A stretch of 64,000 bases of DNA from Escherichia coli (lineage in GTDB: Bacteria; Pseudomonadota; Gammaproteobacteria; Enterobacterales; Enterobacteriaceae): the NCBI RefSeq assembly GCF_016026235.1, contig NZ_CP065613.1. The stretch is one strand, 5' to 3'. Positions within the stretch are counted from its first letter, which is position 1; the number at the start of each line of letters is the position of its first letter. The notes beneath the pieces are model-generated. The model searched no databases. It had not been told where the DNA came from and was given only the letters and a program-made list of their open reading frames with translations. Below are positions 11,328 to 23,822 of the stretch, one piece after another. The position numbers and the translations under genes were made by a program.

Positions 11328-12310
11328 TCGAAAAAATCTGGTCTGGTGAATCCCCTTTGTGGCGGCTATTGCTGCCACTCTCCTGGTTGTATGGCCTGGT
11401 GAGTGGCGCGATCCGTCTTTGCTATAAACTAAAACTGAAGCGCGCCTGGCGTGCCCCCGTACCGGTTGTCGTGGTTGGTAATCTCACCGCAGGCGGCAAC
11501 GGAAAAACCCCGGTCGTTGTCTGGCTGGTGGAACAGTTGCAACAGCGCGGTATTCGCGTGGGGGTCGTATCGCGGGGATATGGTGGTAAGGCTGAATCTT
11601 ATCCGCTGTTATTGTCGGCAGATACCACCACAGCACAGGCGGGTGATGAACCTGTGTTGATTTATCAACGCACTGATGCGCCTGTTGCGGTTTCTCCCGT
11701 TCGTTCTGATGCGGTAAAAGCCATTCTGGCGCAACACCCTGATGTGCAGATCATCGTAACCGACGACGGTTTACAGCATTACCGTCTGGCGCGTGATGTG
11801 GAAATTGTCGTTATTGATGGTGTGCGTCGCTTTGGCAATGGCTGGTGGTTGCCGGCGGGGCCAATGCGTGAGCGAGCGGGGCGCTTAAAGTCAGTTGATG
11901 CGGTAATCGTCAACGGCGGTGTCCCCCGCAGCGGTGAAATCCCCATGCATCTGCTGCCGGGTCAGGCGGTGAATTTACGTACCGGTACGCGTTGTGACGT
12001 TGCTCAGCTTGAACATGTGGTGGCGATGGCAGGGATTGGGCATCCGCCGCGCTTTTTTGCCACGCTGAAGATGTGCGGCGTACAACCGGAAAAATGTGTA
12101 CCGCTGGCCGATCATCAGTCTTTGAACCATGCGGATGTCAGCGCGTTGGTAAGCACCGGGCAAACGCTGGTAATGACTGAAAAAGATGCGGTGAAATGCA
12201 GGGCCTTTGCAGAAGAAAATTGGTGGTATTTGCCCGTTGACGCACAGCTTTCAGGTGATGAACCAGCGAAACTGCTTGCGCAACTAACCTCGCTGGCTTC
12301 TGGCAACTAG
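11324..12310 (+). CDS. lpxK: tetraacyldisaccharide 4'-kinase
   Basis: 328-aa ORF overlapping msbA stop by 4 nt (ATGA); P-loop [12 protein letters not shown]. Confidence 0.93.
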   Translation: MIEKIWSGESPLWRLLLPLSWLYGLVSGAIRLCYKLKLKRAWRAPVPVVVVGNLTAGGNGKTPVVVWLVEQLQQRGIRVGVVSRGYGGKAESYPLLLSADTTTAQAGDEPVLIYQRTDAPVAVSPVRSDAVKAILAQHPDVQIIVTDDGLQHYRLARDVEIVVIDGVRRFGNGWWLPAGPMRERAGRLKSVDAVIVNGGVPRSGEIPMHLLPGQAVNLRTGTRCDVAQLEHVVAMAGIGHPPRFFATLKMCGVQPEKCVPLADHQSLNHADVSALVSTGQTLVMTEKDAVKCRAFAEENWWYLPVDAQLSGDEPAKLLAQLTSLASGN

Positions 12311-12346
12311 TTACGCCGCGGCAGCGTTCGATTGATGGAGTCATGA

Positions 12347-13579
12347 ATGTCGCTGCCGCACCTCTCCCTTGCTGATGCGCGTAATCTTCACCTTGCCGCG
12401 CAAGGCCTGTTAAACAAACCCCGCCGTCGAGCGTCGTTGGAGGATATTCCGGCAACGATCTCCCGCATGTCCTTGCTGCAAATCGATACCATCAATATTG
12501 TTGCCCGTAGTCCATATCTGGTGCTTTTCAGTCGTCTGGGAAATTATCCTGCCCAGTGGCTGGATGAGTCTCTGGCGCGTGGCGAATTAATGGAATACTG
12601 GGCGCATGAAGCCTGCTTTATGCCACGCAGCGACTTTCGTCTTATTCGCCACCGCATGCTGGCACCTGAAAAAATGGGCTGGAAATACAAAGACGCCTGG
12701 ATGCAGGAACATGAGGCGGAAATTGCACAGTTAATTCAGCATATTCATGATAAGGGGCCGGTACGTTCAGCCGATTTTGAGCATCCTCGTAAAGGTGCAA
12801 GCGGCTGGTGGGAATGGAAGCCGCATAAACGGCATCTGGAAGGTTTATTTACTGCCGGAAAGGTGATGGTGATTGAACGGCGCAACTTCCAGCGCGTTTA
12901 TGATTTAACCCACCGTGTCATGCCTGACTGGGATGATGAGCGCGATCTCGTTTCGCAAACAGAAGCAGAAATCATCATGCTGGATAACAGTGCGCGTAGC
13001 CTGGGAATATTCCGCGAACAGTGGCTGGCAGATTACTATCGGCTGAAACGTCCGGCACTGGCGGCGTGGCGCGAAGCGAGGGCTGAACAGCAGCAAATCA
13101 TTGCTGTGCATGTTGAAAAATTGGGCAATCTTTGGCTGCATGCTGATTTGCTGCCGCTACTCGAGCGTGCGCTGGCCGGAAAGCTCACTGCAACGCACAG
13201 CGCGGTACTTTCGCCTTTTGATCCTGTTGTCTGGGATCGCAAACGCGCAGAGCAGCTTTTTGATTTTAGCTACCGGCTGGAGTGCTATACCCCAGCGCCG
13301 AAACGCCAGTATGGCTATTTTGTTCTGCCATTATTACATCGTGGGCAATTAGTTGGGCGAATGGATGCCAAAATGCATCGCCAGACAGGCATCCTTGAAG
13401 TTATCTCTCTGTGGTTACAGGAAGGCATTAAACCAACGACAATGCTGCAAAAAGGGTTACGTCAGGCGATTACTGATTTCGCGAGCTGGCAGCAGGCAAC
13501 GCGGGTGACATTAGGACGCTGCCCGCAAGGTCTCTTTACTGATTGCCGCACTGGCTGGGAAATAGACCCCGTCGCATAA
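12347..13579 (+). CDS. ycaQ: winged-helix DNA-binding / DNA glycosylase-like protein (YcaQ family)
   Basis: 410-aa ORF in conserved position after lpxK. Confidence 0.8.
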   Translation: MSLPHLSLADARNLHLAAQGLLNKPRRRASLEDIPATISRMSLLQIDTINIVARSPYLVLFSRLGNYPAQWLDESLARGELMEYWAHEACFMPRSDFRLIRHRMLAPEKMGWKYKDAWMQEHEAEIAQLIQHIHDKGPVRSADFEHPRKGASGWWEWKPHKRHLEGLFTAGKVMVIERRNFQRVYDLTHRVMPDWDDERDLVSQTEAEIIMLDNSARSLGIFREQWLADYYRLKRPALAAWREARAEQQQIIAVHVEKLGNLWLHADLLPLLERALAGKLTATHSAVLSPFDPVVWDRKRAEQLFDFSYRLECYTPAPKRQYGYFVLPLLHRGQLVGRMDAKMHRQTGILEVISLWLQEGIKPTTMLQKGLRQAITDFASWQQATRVTLGRCPQGLFTDCRTGWEIDPVA

Positions 13580-13630
13580 ATGATTATGATAAGATTTATG
13601 CATTCATAACCCGATCCATCTGGAGGAACT

Positions 13631-14556
<926 letters not shown>

Positions 14557-14709
14557 TTTCACTTCACGACACTCCAGCCAATTTTGGGAGGAGTGTCGTA
14601 CCGTTACGATTTTCCTCAATTTTTCTTTTCAACAATTGATCTCATTCAGGTGACATCTTTTATATTGGCGCTCATTATGAAAGCAGTAGCTTTTATGAGG
14701 GTAATCTGA

Positions 14710-15603
14710 ATGGAACAGCTGCGTGCCGAATTAAGCCATTTACTGGGCGAAAAACTCAGTCGTATTGAGTGCGTCAATGAAAAAGCGGATACGGCGTTGT
14801 GGGCTTTGTATGACAGCCAGGGAAACCCAATGCCGTTAATGGCAAGAAGCTTTAGTACGCCCGGAAAAGCCCGACAACTGGCATGGAAAACCACCATGCT
14901 GGCAAGAAGTGGGACTGTCCGTATGCCGACTATTTATGGTGTGATGACGCATGAAGAACACCCCGGCCCTGATGTCCTGCTACTGGAGCGGATGCGTGGT
15001 GTTTCGGTGGAGGCACCAGCCCGAACACCAGAACGCTGGGAACAGCTCAAAGACCAAATCGTTGAAGCCTTACTGGCCTGGCACCGTCAGGACAGTCGCG
15101 GTTGCGTCGGCGCGGTCGACAATACTCAGGAAAATTTCTGGCCCTCATGGTACCGGCAACATGTTGAAGTGCTATGGACCACGCTCAATCAGTTCAATAA
15201 CACCGGTCTGACGATGCAGGATAAGCGGATCCTGTTTCGCACTCGCGAATGTCTCCCGGCATTATTTGAAGGCTTTAACGACAATTGTGTGTTGATTCAC
15301 GGTAACTTCTGTTTACGCAGCATGCTGAAAGATTCGCGCAGCGATCAGTTACTGGCGATGGTCGGGCCGGGACTAATGCTTTGGGCACCGCGAGAATACG
15401 AACTGTTCCGACTAATGGATAATTCTCTGGCGGAAGATTTGCTCTGGAGTTACCTGCAACGCGCGCCAGTGGCGGAGTCGTTCATCTGGCGGCGTTGGTT
15501 GTATGTGTTATGGGATGAAGTTGCGCAACTGGTTAATACCGGACGATTTAGTCGGCGCAACTTCGATCTGGCATCAAAATCACTCTTGCCGTGGCTCGCC
15601 TGA
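14710..15603 (+). CDS. ycbJ: putative phosphotransferase/kinase-like protein
   Basis: 297-aa ORF in conserved position; function not established. Confidence 0.8.
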   Translation: MEQLRAELSHLLGEKLSRIECVNEKADTALWALYDSQGNPMPLMARSFSTPGKARQLAWKTTMLARSGTVRMPTIYGVMTHEEHPGPDVLLLERMRGVSVEAPARTPERWEQLKDQIVEALLAWHRQDSRGCVGAVDNTQENFWPSWYRQHVEVLWTTLNQFNNTGLTMQDKRILFRTRECLPALFEGFNDNCVLIHGNFCLRSMLKDSRSDQLLAMVGPGLMLWAPREYELFRLMDNSLAEDLLWSYLQRAPVAESFIWRRWLYVLWDEVAQLVNTGRFSRRNFDLASKSLLPWLA

Positions 15604-16359
15604 CGGACCTTTCAGCCACTGCCAGATGCGGCCAAGCGTTTCATAGCCAACACGATCGCTATGCATCAGCCAGACCGGAGAAGGGATTGCCCGTTCCCAC
15701 GGATTAAGCGGCGAGTCGATGGCCAACTGATTCGCCGGGGCTGGCAGCGGATTTAACCCTTCCTGCTGAAAAAAGATCATCGCCCGCGGCAAATGAGACG
15801 CGGATGTCACCAGCAGGAAAGGGGCGTCACCAATCTCCTGTTTCACTGCCGCAGCTTCTTCTTCGGTATCTTTTGGCAAATCCAGAGTGATAATTTGCTC
15901 ACGCGGCACGCCCAGCGATTGCGCAACTCTGGCACCTACTTCCGCTGTACTCACCGTATTGGTTTTTGCTACGCCTCCCGTGAAGATCAGTTTTGATCCC
16001 GGATTTTCGCGCCATAAGCGAATACCTTCATTCAGGCGTGGCAGACTGTTATTGATTAAATTAGAGCTCGGTGCCCACTGCGGGTTCCAGGTATAACCGC
16101 CTCCGAGCACCACGATATAGTCCACTTTTTGTGAATTATTCCATGTCGGATAGGTGCTTTCGATGGGACGCAACAGGCGGTCGGCTACCGGTTGCAAACT
16201 CAATAACAAGAGTGCCAGCCACCCAATGCTAATAAAAATCTTCCCGGTTTTTTGAAAACGGCTAAACCACAGCAGTGCCAGGCCAGCGCCAATAATTAAC
16301 AACATCAGCGGAAGTGGCAGCAACATATTGCCAATCACTTTTTTCAGTGTAAAAAGCAT
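15580..16359 (-). CDS. elyC: envelope biogenesis factor, DUF218 family
   Basis: 259-aa ORF with N-terminal transmembrane segments; 3' end overlaps ycbJ 3' end by 24 nt (convergent). Confidence 0.85.
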   Translation of the reverse strand: MLFTLKKVIGNMLLPLPLMLLIIGAGLALLWFSRFQKTGKIFISIGWLALLLLSLQPVADRLLRPIESTYPTWNNSQKVDYIVVLGGGYTWNPQWAPSSNLINNSLPRLNEGIRLWRENPGSKLIFTGGVAKTNTVSTAEVGARVAQSLGVPREQIITLDLPKDTEEEAAAVKQEIGDAPFLLVTSASHLPRAMIFFQQEGLNPLPAPANQLAIDSPLNPWERAIPSPVWLMHSDRVGYETLGRIWQWLKGPSGEPRQE

Positions 16360-16494
16360 CCTTTCTGGTTCCTTTTTTAACCATATAGCAAGGGATCGCC
16401 AGCGATATTACACCAGACGGGTTCATTCTCGCCGTGGCTGTGACAAAATAGCGTCTTTATCAGAAAACGTCTTAGCCAACCGGTGGAGAAAGCA

Positions 16495-17280
16495 ATGCAG
16501 GATCGCAATTTTGATGATATTGCGGAAAAGTTTTCCCGTAACATTTACGGCACCACCAAAGGGCAGCTTCGACAGGCTATTCTGTGGCAGGATCTCGATC
16601 ACGTGCTGGCGGAAATGGGCCCGCAAAAACTGCGTGTGCTGGATGCTGGCGGTGGAGAAGGGCAGACCGCAATCAAAATGGCCGAGCGTGGGCATCAGGT
16701 CATTTTATGCGATCTTTCTGCGCAGATGATCGACCGCGCAAAACAGGCGGCAGAAGCAAAAGGTGTGAGCGACAACATGCAATTTATACATTGCGCCGCT
16801 CAGGATGTTGCTTCGCATTTGGAAACGCCCGTTGATCTGATATTGTTCCATGCGGTGCTCGAGTGGGTGGCCGATCCCCGCAGCGTATTACAGACCCTGT
16901 GGTCAGTGTTGCGTCCAGGCGGTGTGTTGTCGTTAATGTTCTACAATGCGCACGGCTTGCTGATGCATAACATGGTCGCCGGGAATTTTGATTACGTGCA
17001 GGCGGGAATGCCGAAAAAGAAAAAACGGACGCTTTCGCCAGATTATCCACGCGACCCGGCGCAGGTTTATCTGTGGCTGGAAGAAGCTGGTTGGCAAATT
17101 ATGGGTAAGACAGGCGTTCGCGTGTTTCATGATTATCTGCGCGAGAAGCACCAGCAGCGCGACTGCTATGAAGCATTACTTGAATTAGAAACGCGTTATT
17201 GCCGTCAGGAACCGTATATTACCCTGGGGCGTTATATTCATGTCACCGCGCGCAAACCGCAGAGCAAGGATAAAGTATGA
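16495..17280 (+). CDS. cmoM: SAM-dependent tRNA methyltransferase (formerly smtA)
   Basis: ORF track starts at a GTG (16483); ATG at 16495 is preceded by GGAG; SAM-binding motif LDAGGGEG. Confidence 0.85.
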
Positions 17281-18599
17281 GTGAATTTTCCCAGACAGTC
17301 CCCGAACTGGTTGCCTGGGCCAGAAAAAATGACTTCTCCATCTCGCTGCCGGTAGACCGACTCTCTTTTCTGCTGGCGGTTGCCACGCTGAACGGCGAGC
17401 GTCTGGATGGTGAAATGAGTGAAGGCGAGCTGGTGGATGCATTCCGCCATGTGAGTGATGCGTTTGAGCAAACCAGCGAAACCATCGGCGTGCGCGCCAA
17501 TAACGCGATCAACGACATGGTGCGTCAACGTCTGCTGAACCGCTTTACCAGCGAGCAGGCGGAAGGGAACGCAATTTACCGTCTGACGCCGCTCGGCATC
17601 GGCATTACTGACTACTACATCCGTCAGCGCGAGTTTTCTACGCTGCGTCTTTCTATGCAGTTGTCGATTGTGGCGGGTGAGCTCAAACGCGCAGCAGATG
17701 CCGCCGAAGAGGGCGGTGATGAATTTCACTGGCACCGTAATGTCTATGCGCCACTGAAATATTCGGTAGCAGAAATTTTCGACAGTATCGACCTGACGCA
17801 ACGTCTGATGGACGAACAGCAGCAGCAGGTGAAGGACGATATCGCCCAGTTGCTGAACAAAGACTGGCGGGCGGCGATTTCCAGCTGTGAATTGTTGCTT
17901 TCGGAAACTTCCGGAACGCTGCGTGAATTGCAGGATACGCTGGAAGCGGCAGGCGACAAATTGCAGGCTAATCTGTTGCGCATTCAGGATGCGACGATGA
18001 CCCATGACGATCTGCATTTCGTCGATCGTCTGGTGTTCGATCTGCAGAGCAAACTCGATCGTATTATCAGTTGGGGCCAGCAATCCATCGACTTGTGGAT
18101 TGGCTACGACCGCCACGTACACAAATTTATTCGTACCGCGATCGATATGGATAAAAACCGCGTCTTTGCTCAGCGGTTACGTCAGTCGGTACAAACCTAT
18201 TTTGATGAGCCGTGGGCGCTAACTTATGCCAATGCCGATCGTCTGCTGGATATGCGTGACGAAGAGATGGCACTGCGCGATGAAGAAGTGACTGGGGAAC
18301 TTCCTGAGGATCTGGAATACGAAGAGTTTAACGAGATCCGCGAACAGCTGGCGGCGATCATCGAAGAACAACTTGCCGTGTACAAAACCAGACAAGTGCC
18401 GCTGGATCTTGGTCTGGTGGTACGCGAATATCTGTCACAGTATCCGCGTGCACGTCACTTTGACGTTGCGCGCATTGTTATTGATCAGGCGGTACGTCTT
18501 GGCGTAGCGCAAGCAGATTTCACCGGACTGCCAGCGAAATGGCAGCCGATTAATGATTACGGAGCCAAGGTACAGGCGCATGTCATCGACAAATATTGA
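17277..18599 (+). CDS. mukF: chromosome partition protein MukF (kleisin)
   Basis: 440-aa [47 protein letters not shown]. Confidence 0.95.
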
Positions 18600-19284
18600 A
18601 CAAGTGATGCCGGTTAAGCTGGCGCAGGCGCTGGCGAATCCGTTATTTCCGGCGCTGGACAGCGCCTTACGTTCAGGCCGCCATATTGGCCTCGACGAAC
18701 TGGATAATCATGCATTCCTGATGGATTTTCAGGAATATCTGGAAGAGTTTTACGCGCGTTATAACGTTGAGCTTATTCGCGCACCGGAAGGGTTCTTCTA
18801 TTTACGCCCACGTTCCACCACTCTTATCCCGCGTTCCGTCTTGTCGGAACTGGATATGATGGTCGGGAAAATCCTCTGTTATCTCTATCTCAGCCCGGAA
18901 CGGCTGGCGAATGAGGGGATTTTCACCCAGCAGGAACTGTACGACGAACTGCTCACCCTGGCCGATGAAGCAAAACTGCTGAAACTGGTGAACAACCGTT
19001 CAACCGGTTCAGACGTTGACCGTCAGAAGTTGCAGGAGAAAGTACGTTCTTCGCTCAACCGTCTGCGTCGTTTAGGCATGGTGTGGTTTATGGGCCACGA
19101 CAGCAGCAAGTTTCGCATTACCGAATCGGTGTTCCGCTTCGGAGCCGATGTGCGTGCTGGCGACGATCCCCGTGAAGCACAGCGTCGCCTGATTCGTGAT
19201 GGCGAAGCAATGCCGATTGAAAATCATCTGCAACTCAACGATGAAACCGAAGAGAATCAGCCAGATAGCGGAGAGGAAGAATAA
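18580..19284 (+). CDS. mukE: chromosome partition protein MukE
   Basis: ORF 18553-19284; likely start [16 protein letters not shown]; overlaps mukF 3' end. Confidence 0.9.
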
Positions 19285-22200
19285 TGATTGAACGCGGTAA
19301 ATTTCGCTCACTGACGCTGATTAACTGGAACGGCTTTTTTGCCCGAACTTTTGACCTTGACGAGCTGGTCACGACGCTTTCTGGCGGTAACGGGGCGGGT
19401 AAATCCACCACCATGGCGGCGTTCGTTACGGCGCTGATCCCCGACCTGACCCTGCTGCATTTCCGTAACACTACGGAAGCCGGGGCCACCAGCGGTTCGC
19501 GCGATAAAGGTCTGCACGGTAAGCTGAAAGCGGGTGTCTGTTATTCGATGCTCGACACCATTAACTCGCGCCACCAGCGCGTGGTGGTCGGTGTGCGTCT
19601 GCAACAGGTTGCCGGACGCGATCGTAAAGTGGATATCAAACCATTTGCCATTCAGGGACTGCCGATGTCGGTGCAGCCGACACAGCTGGTGACCGAAACC
19701 CTGAACGAACGCCAGGCGCGCGTGCTGCCGCTTAACGAGCTGAAAGACAAGCTCGAGGCGATGGAAGGCGTGCAGTTTAAACAGTTCAACTCCATTACCG
19801 ATTACCACTCGCTGATGTTCGATCTGGGCATCATCGCGCGTCGTCTGCGCTCCGCATCTGACCGTAGCAAATTCTATCGTCTGATCGAAGCTTCGCTGTA
19901 TGGCGGGATCTCCAGTGCCATTACCCGTTCTCTGCGCGACTACCTGTTGCCGGAAAACAGCGGCGTGCGTAAAGCGTTCCAGGACATGGAAGCGGCGCTG
20001 CGTGAAAACCGCATGACGCTGGAAGCGATTCGTGTCACCCAGTCGGACCGTGACCTGTTTAAGCATCTGATCAGCGAAGCTACCAACTACGTGGCGGCGG
20101 ACTACATGCGTCACGCCAACGAGCGCCGTGTCCATCTCGACAAAGCCCTGGAGTTTCGTCGCGAGCTACATACTTCGCGTCAGCAACTGGCGGCTGAGCA
20201 GTACAAACACGTCGATATGGCGCGTGAGCTGGCAGAGCACAACGGTGCCGAAGGCGATCTGGAAGCGGATTATCAGTCGGCCAGCGATCACCTGAACCTG
20301 GTGCAAACCGCACTGCGTCAGCAGGAGAAGATCGAACGCTACGAAGCGGATCTCGATGAGCTGCAGATCCGTCTGGAAGAGCAAAACGAAGTGGTGGCAG
20401 AAGCCATCGAACGCCAGGAAGAGAACGAGGTTCGTGCGGAAGCTGCCGAACTGGAAGTGGACGAGCTGAAAAGCCAGCTTGCTGACTACCAGCAGGCGCT
20501 GGACGTCCAGCAAACGCGCGCGATCCAGTATAACCAGGCGATTGCTGCGCTTAATCGCGCCAAAGAATTGTGTCATCTGCCGGACTTAACCGCCGACAGC
20601 GCCGCCGAATGGCTGGAAACCTTCCAGGCGAAAGAGCTGGAAGCGACTGAAAAAATGCTCACTCTTGAGCAGAAAATGAGCATGGCGCAAACCGCGCACA
20701 GCCAGTTTGAGCAGGCTTATCAGCTGGTGGTGGCAATCAACGGCCCGCTGGCGCGTAACGAGGCGTGGGATGTCGCTCGCGAACTATTGCGCGAAGGGGT
20801 CGATCAGCGTCACCTGGCAGAGCAGGTTCAGCCGTTGCGGATGCGCTTAAGCGAACTGGAACAGCGTCTGCGCGAGCAGCAAGAAGCTGAGCGTCTGCTG
20901 GCAGATTTCTGCAAACGTCAGGGCAAGAATTTTGATATTGATGAACTGGAAGCTCTGCATCAGGAGCTGGAAGCACGCATTGCCTCTCTTTCCGATAGCG
21001 TATCTAACGCCCGTGAAGAGCGGATGGCACTGCGGCAGGAACAGGAACAGCTGCAGTCTCGCATTCAGAGTTTGATGCAGCGTGCGCCGGTTTGGCTGGC
21101 AGCGCAAAACAGTCTCAACCAGTTGAGCGAACAGTGCGGCGAAGAGTTCACCTCCAGCCAGGACGTCACCGAATTCCTGCAACAGCTGCTGGAGCGTGAG
21201 CGCGAAGCCATTGTTGAACGCGATGAAGTGGGCGCGCGCAAAAACGCTGTCGATGAAGAGATCGAACGTTTAAGCCAGCCTGGCGGCTCTGAAGACCAGC
21301 GTCTGAATGCGCTGGCGGAGCGTTTTGGCGGCGTGCTGCTGTCAGAAATTTATGATGACGTTAGCCTGGAAGATGCGCCGTACTTCTCAGCGCTGTATGG
21401 CCCGTCACGCCACGCCATCGTGGTGCCAGATCTGTCACAGGTAACTGAACACCTGGAGGGCTTGACCGATTGCCCGGAAGATCTCTATTTGATCGAAGGG
21501 GATCCGCAGTCATTCGATGACAGCGTGTTCAGCGTTGATGAGCTGGAAAAAGCGGTAGTGGTGAAAATCGCCGATCGTCAGTGGCGTTATTCACGTTTCC
21601 CGGAAGTGCCGCTGTTTGGTCGTGCTGCGCGTGAAAGCCGTATTGAAAGCCTCCATGCCGAGCGTGAAGTGCTTTCCGAACGCTTCGCCACGCTCTCCTT
21701 TGACGTACAGAAAACCCAGCGTCTGCATCAGGCGTTCAGCCGCTTTATCGGTAGTCATCTGGCGGTGGCGTTTGAGTCTGACCCGGAAGCAGAAATCCGT
21801 CAACTGAACAGCCGTCGCGTCGAACTGGAGCGGGCGCTGAGTAATCATGAAAATGATAACCAGCAGCAGCGTATTCAATTTGAGCAGGCGAAAGAGGGCG
21901 TTACGGCGCTGAACCGCATTCTGCCGCGTCTCAACCTGTTGGCTGATGACAGCCTGGCGGATCGCGTCGATGAAATCCGCGAACGTCTGGATGAAGCCCA
22001 GGAAGCCGCGCGTTTTGTTCAGCAGTTTGGCAATCAACTGGCGAAACTGGAACCGATTGTTTCAGTGTTGCAGAGCGACCCGGAACAGTTCGAACAGTTA
22101 AAAGAAGATTACGCGTACTCTCAGCAGATGCAGCGCGATGCCCGTCAGCAGGCGTTTGCCCTGACGGAAGTGGTGCAGCGTCGTGCGCACTTTAGCTATT

Positions 22201-23744
22201 CTGACTCGGCAGAAATGCTTAGCGGTAACAGCGATCTCAACGAAAAACTGCGTGAACGTCTGGAACAGGCGGAAGCGGAGCGTACCCGCGCTCGTGAAGC
22301 GTTGCGCGGTCACGCAGCGCAGTTGAGTCAGTACAACCAGGTGCTGGCTTCGCTGAAAAGTTCGTATGACACCAAAAGAGAGCTACTTAACGATCTGCAA
22401 CGTGAATTGCAGGATATCGGCGTGCGTGCTGATAGCGGGGCAGAAGAGCGGGCACGTATTCGCCGTGACGAGTTGCACGCACAACTGAGCAATAACCGTT
22501 CCCGCCGCAATCAACTGGAAAAAGCGCTTACATTCTGCGAAGCGGAGATGGACAACCTGACCCGCAAACTGCGCAAGCTGGAGCGGGATTACTTTGAGAT
22601 GCGCGAGCAGGTAGTGACCGCCAAAGCGGGCTGGTGTGCGGTGATGCGCATGGTGAAAGATAACGGCGTTGAGCGCCGCTTACACCGTCGTGAGCTGGCT
22701 TATCTCTCCGCTGATGATTTGCGTTCCATGTCGGATAAGGCGTTAGGTGCGCTGCGTCTGGCGGTGGCGGATAACGAACATCTGCGCGACGTGCTGCGCA
22801 TGTCGGAAGATCCGAAACGTCCGGAGCGTAAAATTCAGTTCTTCGTGGCGGTTTATCAGCATCTGCGTGAACGTATTCGTCAGGATATTATTCGTACCGA
22901 TGATCCGGTGGAAGCTATCGAACAGATGGAGATCGAACTTAGCCGTCTGACCGAAGAATTAACCTCCCGTGAACAGAAACTGGCGATCAGTTCCCGCAGC
23001 GTGGCGAACATCATTCGCAAAACCATTCAGCGCGAGCAGAACCGTATCCGTATGCTCAACCAGGGGTTGCAGAACGTATCGTTTGGCCAGGTGAACAGCG
23101 TACGTCTGAACGTGAACGTACGTGAAACGCACGCCATGCTGCTGAATGTGCTCTCTGAACAGCACGAGCAGCATCAGGATCTGTTTAACAGCAACCGCCT
23201 GACCTTCTCAGAAGCGCTGGCGAAACTGTATCAACGTCTTAACCCGCAGATTGATATGGGGCAGCGCACGCCGCAGACCATTGGCGAAGAACTGCTGGAT
23301 TACCGCAACTATCTGGAAATGGAAGTTGAGGTTAACCGTGGTTCCGATGGCTGGTTGCGCGCAGAGTCTGGTGCATTGTCGACCGGTGAGGCGATTGGTA
23401 CCGGTATGTCGATTCTGGTGATGGTGGTACAAAGCTGGGAAGATGAATCTCGCCGCCTGCGCGGTAAAGATATCTCTCCTTGCCGCCTGCTGTTCCTCGA
23501 TGAAGCCGCGCGACTGGATGCTCGTTCTATCGCCACGCTGTTTGAATTGTGTGAACGTTTGCAAATGCAGCTCATCATCGCAGCGCCGGAAAATATCAGT
23601 CCGGAAAAAGGCACCACCTATAAACTGGTACGTAAAGTCTTCCAGAATACCGAACATGTTCACGTCGTCGGCCTGCGAGGATTTGCGCCGCAACTCCCTG
23701 AAACGCTTCCAGGAAGTGACGAAGCGCCTTCCCAGGCGAGTTAA
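19284..23744 (+). CDS. mukB: chromosome partition protein MukB (SMC-like condensin)
   Basis: 1486-aa ORF, Walker [10 protein letters not shown], long coiled-coil region; start overlaps mukE stop (TAATG). Confidence 0.96.
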   Translation: MIERGKFRSLTLINWNGFFARTFDLDELVTTLSGGNGAGKSTTMAAFVTALIPDLTLLHFRNTTEAGATSGSRDKGLHGKLKAGVCYSMLDTINSRHQRVVVGVRLQQVAGRDRKVDIKPFAIQGLPMSVQPTQLVTETLNERQARVLPLNELKDKLEAMEGVQFKQFNSITDYHSLMFDLGIIARRLRSASDRSKFYRLIEASLYGGISSAITRSLRDYLLPENSGVRKAFQDMEAALRENRMTLEAIRVTQSDRDLFKHLISEATNYVAADYMRHANERRVHLDKALEFRRELHTSRQQLAAEQYKHVDMARELAEHNGAEGDLEADYQSASDHLNLVQTALRQQEKIERYEADLDELQIRLEEQNEVVAEAIERQEENEVRAEAAELEVDELKSQLADYQQALDVQQTRAIQYNQAIAALNRAKELCHLPDLTADSAAEWLETFQAKELEATEKMLTLEQKMSMAQTAHSQFEQAYQLVVAINGPLARNEAWDVARELLREGVDQRHLAEQVQPLRMRLSELEQRLREQQEAERLLADFCKRQGKNFDIDELEALHQELEARIASLSDSVSNAREERMALRQEQEQLQSRIQSLMQRAPVWLAAQNSLNQLSEQCGEEFTSSQDVTEFLQQLLEREREAIVERDEVGARKNAVDEEIERLSQPGGSEDQRLNALAERFGGVLLSEIYDDVSLEDAPYFSALYGPSRHAIVVPDLSQVTEHLEGLTDCPEDLYLIEGDPQSFDDSVFSVDELEKAVVVKIADRQWRYSRFPEVPLFGRAARESRIESLHAEREVLSERFATLSFDVQKTQRLHQAFSRFIGSHLAVAFESDPEAEIRQLNSRRVELERALSNHENDNQQQRIQFEQAKEGVTALNRILPRLNLLADDSLADRVDEIRERLDEAQEAARFVQQFGNQLAKLEPIVSVLQSDPEQFEQLKEDYAYSQQMQRDARQQAFALTEVVQRRAHFSYSDSAEMLSGNSDLNEKLRERLEQAEAERTRAREALRGHAAQLSQYNQVLASLKSSYDTKRELLNDLQRELQDIGVRADSGAEERARIRRDELHAQLSNNRSRRNQLEKALTFCEAEMDNLTRKLRKLERDYFEMREQVVTAKAGWCAVMRMVKDNGVERRLHRRELAYLSADDLRSMSDKALGALRLAVADNEHLRDVLRMSEDPKRPERKIQFFVAVYQHLRERIRQDIIRTDDPVEAIEQMEIELSRLTEELTSREQKLAISSRSVANIIRKTIQREQNRIRMLNQGLQNVSFGQVNSVRLNVNVRETHAMLLNVLSEQHEQHQDLFNSNRLTFSEALAKLYQRLNPQIDMGQRTPQTIGEELLDYRNYLEMEVEVNRGSDGWLRAESGALSTGEAIGTGMSILVMVVQSWEDESRRLRGKDISPCRLLFLDEAARLDARSIATLFELCERLQMQLIIAAPENISPEKGTTYKLVRKVFQNTEHVHVVGLRGFAPQLPETLPGSDEAPSQAS

Positions 23745-23750
23745 AATGAA

Positions 23751-23780
23751 GGCGGCAGCAATGCCGCCTTTTCTTTTTCC
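23751..23780 (+). terminator. rho-independent terminator of mukB
   Basis: ggcggcagcaatgccgcc hairpin followed by ttttcttttt. Confidence 0.75.
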
Positions 23781-23809
23781 GAAAACTCCGTTTCTGCACT
23801 AAAAAAGTG

Positions 23810-23822
23810 GCACATTACGGCG
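23810..23822. repeat. 13-bp target-site duplication, left copy (GCACATTACGGCG)
   Basis: Identical 13-mer at 23810-23822 and 25249-25261 abutting IS ends. Confidence 0.85.

Noticed and set aside
10725-11378. 217-aa ORF on the minus strand spanning the msbA/lpxK junction
   Set aside because: Antisense to msbA and lpxK; no independent evidence.
17238-18122. 294-aa ORF on the minus strand
   Set aside because: Antisense to cmoM/mukF; no support as a gene.
19308-20135. 275-aa ORF on the minus strand (and similar at 23208-23693)
   Set aside because: Antisense within mukB.
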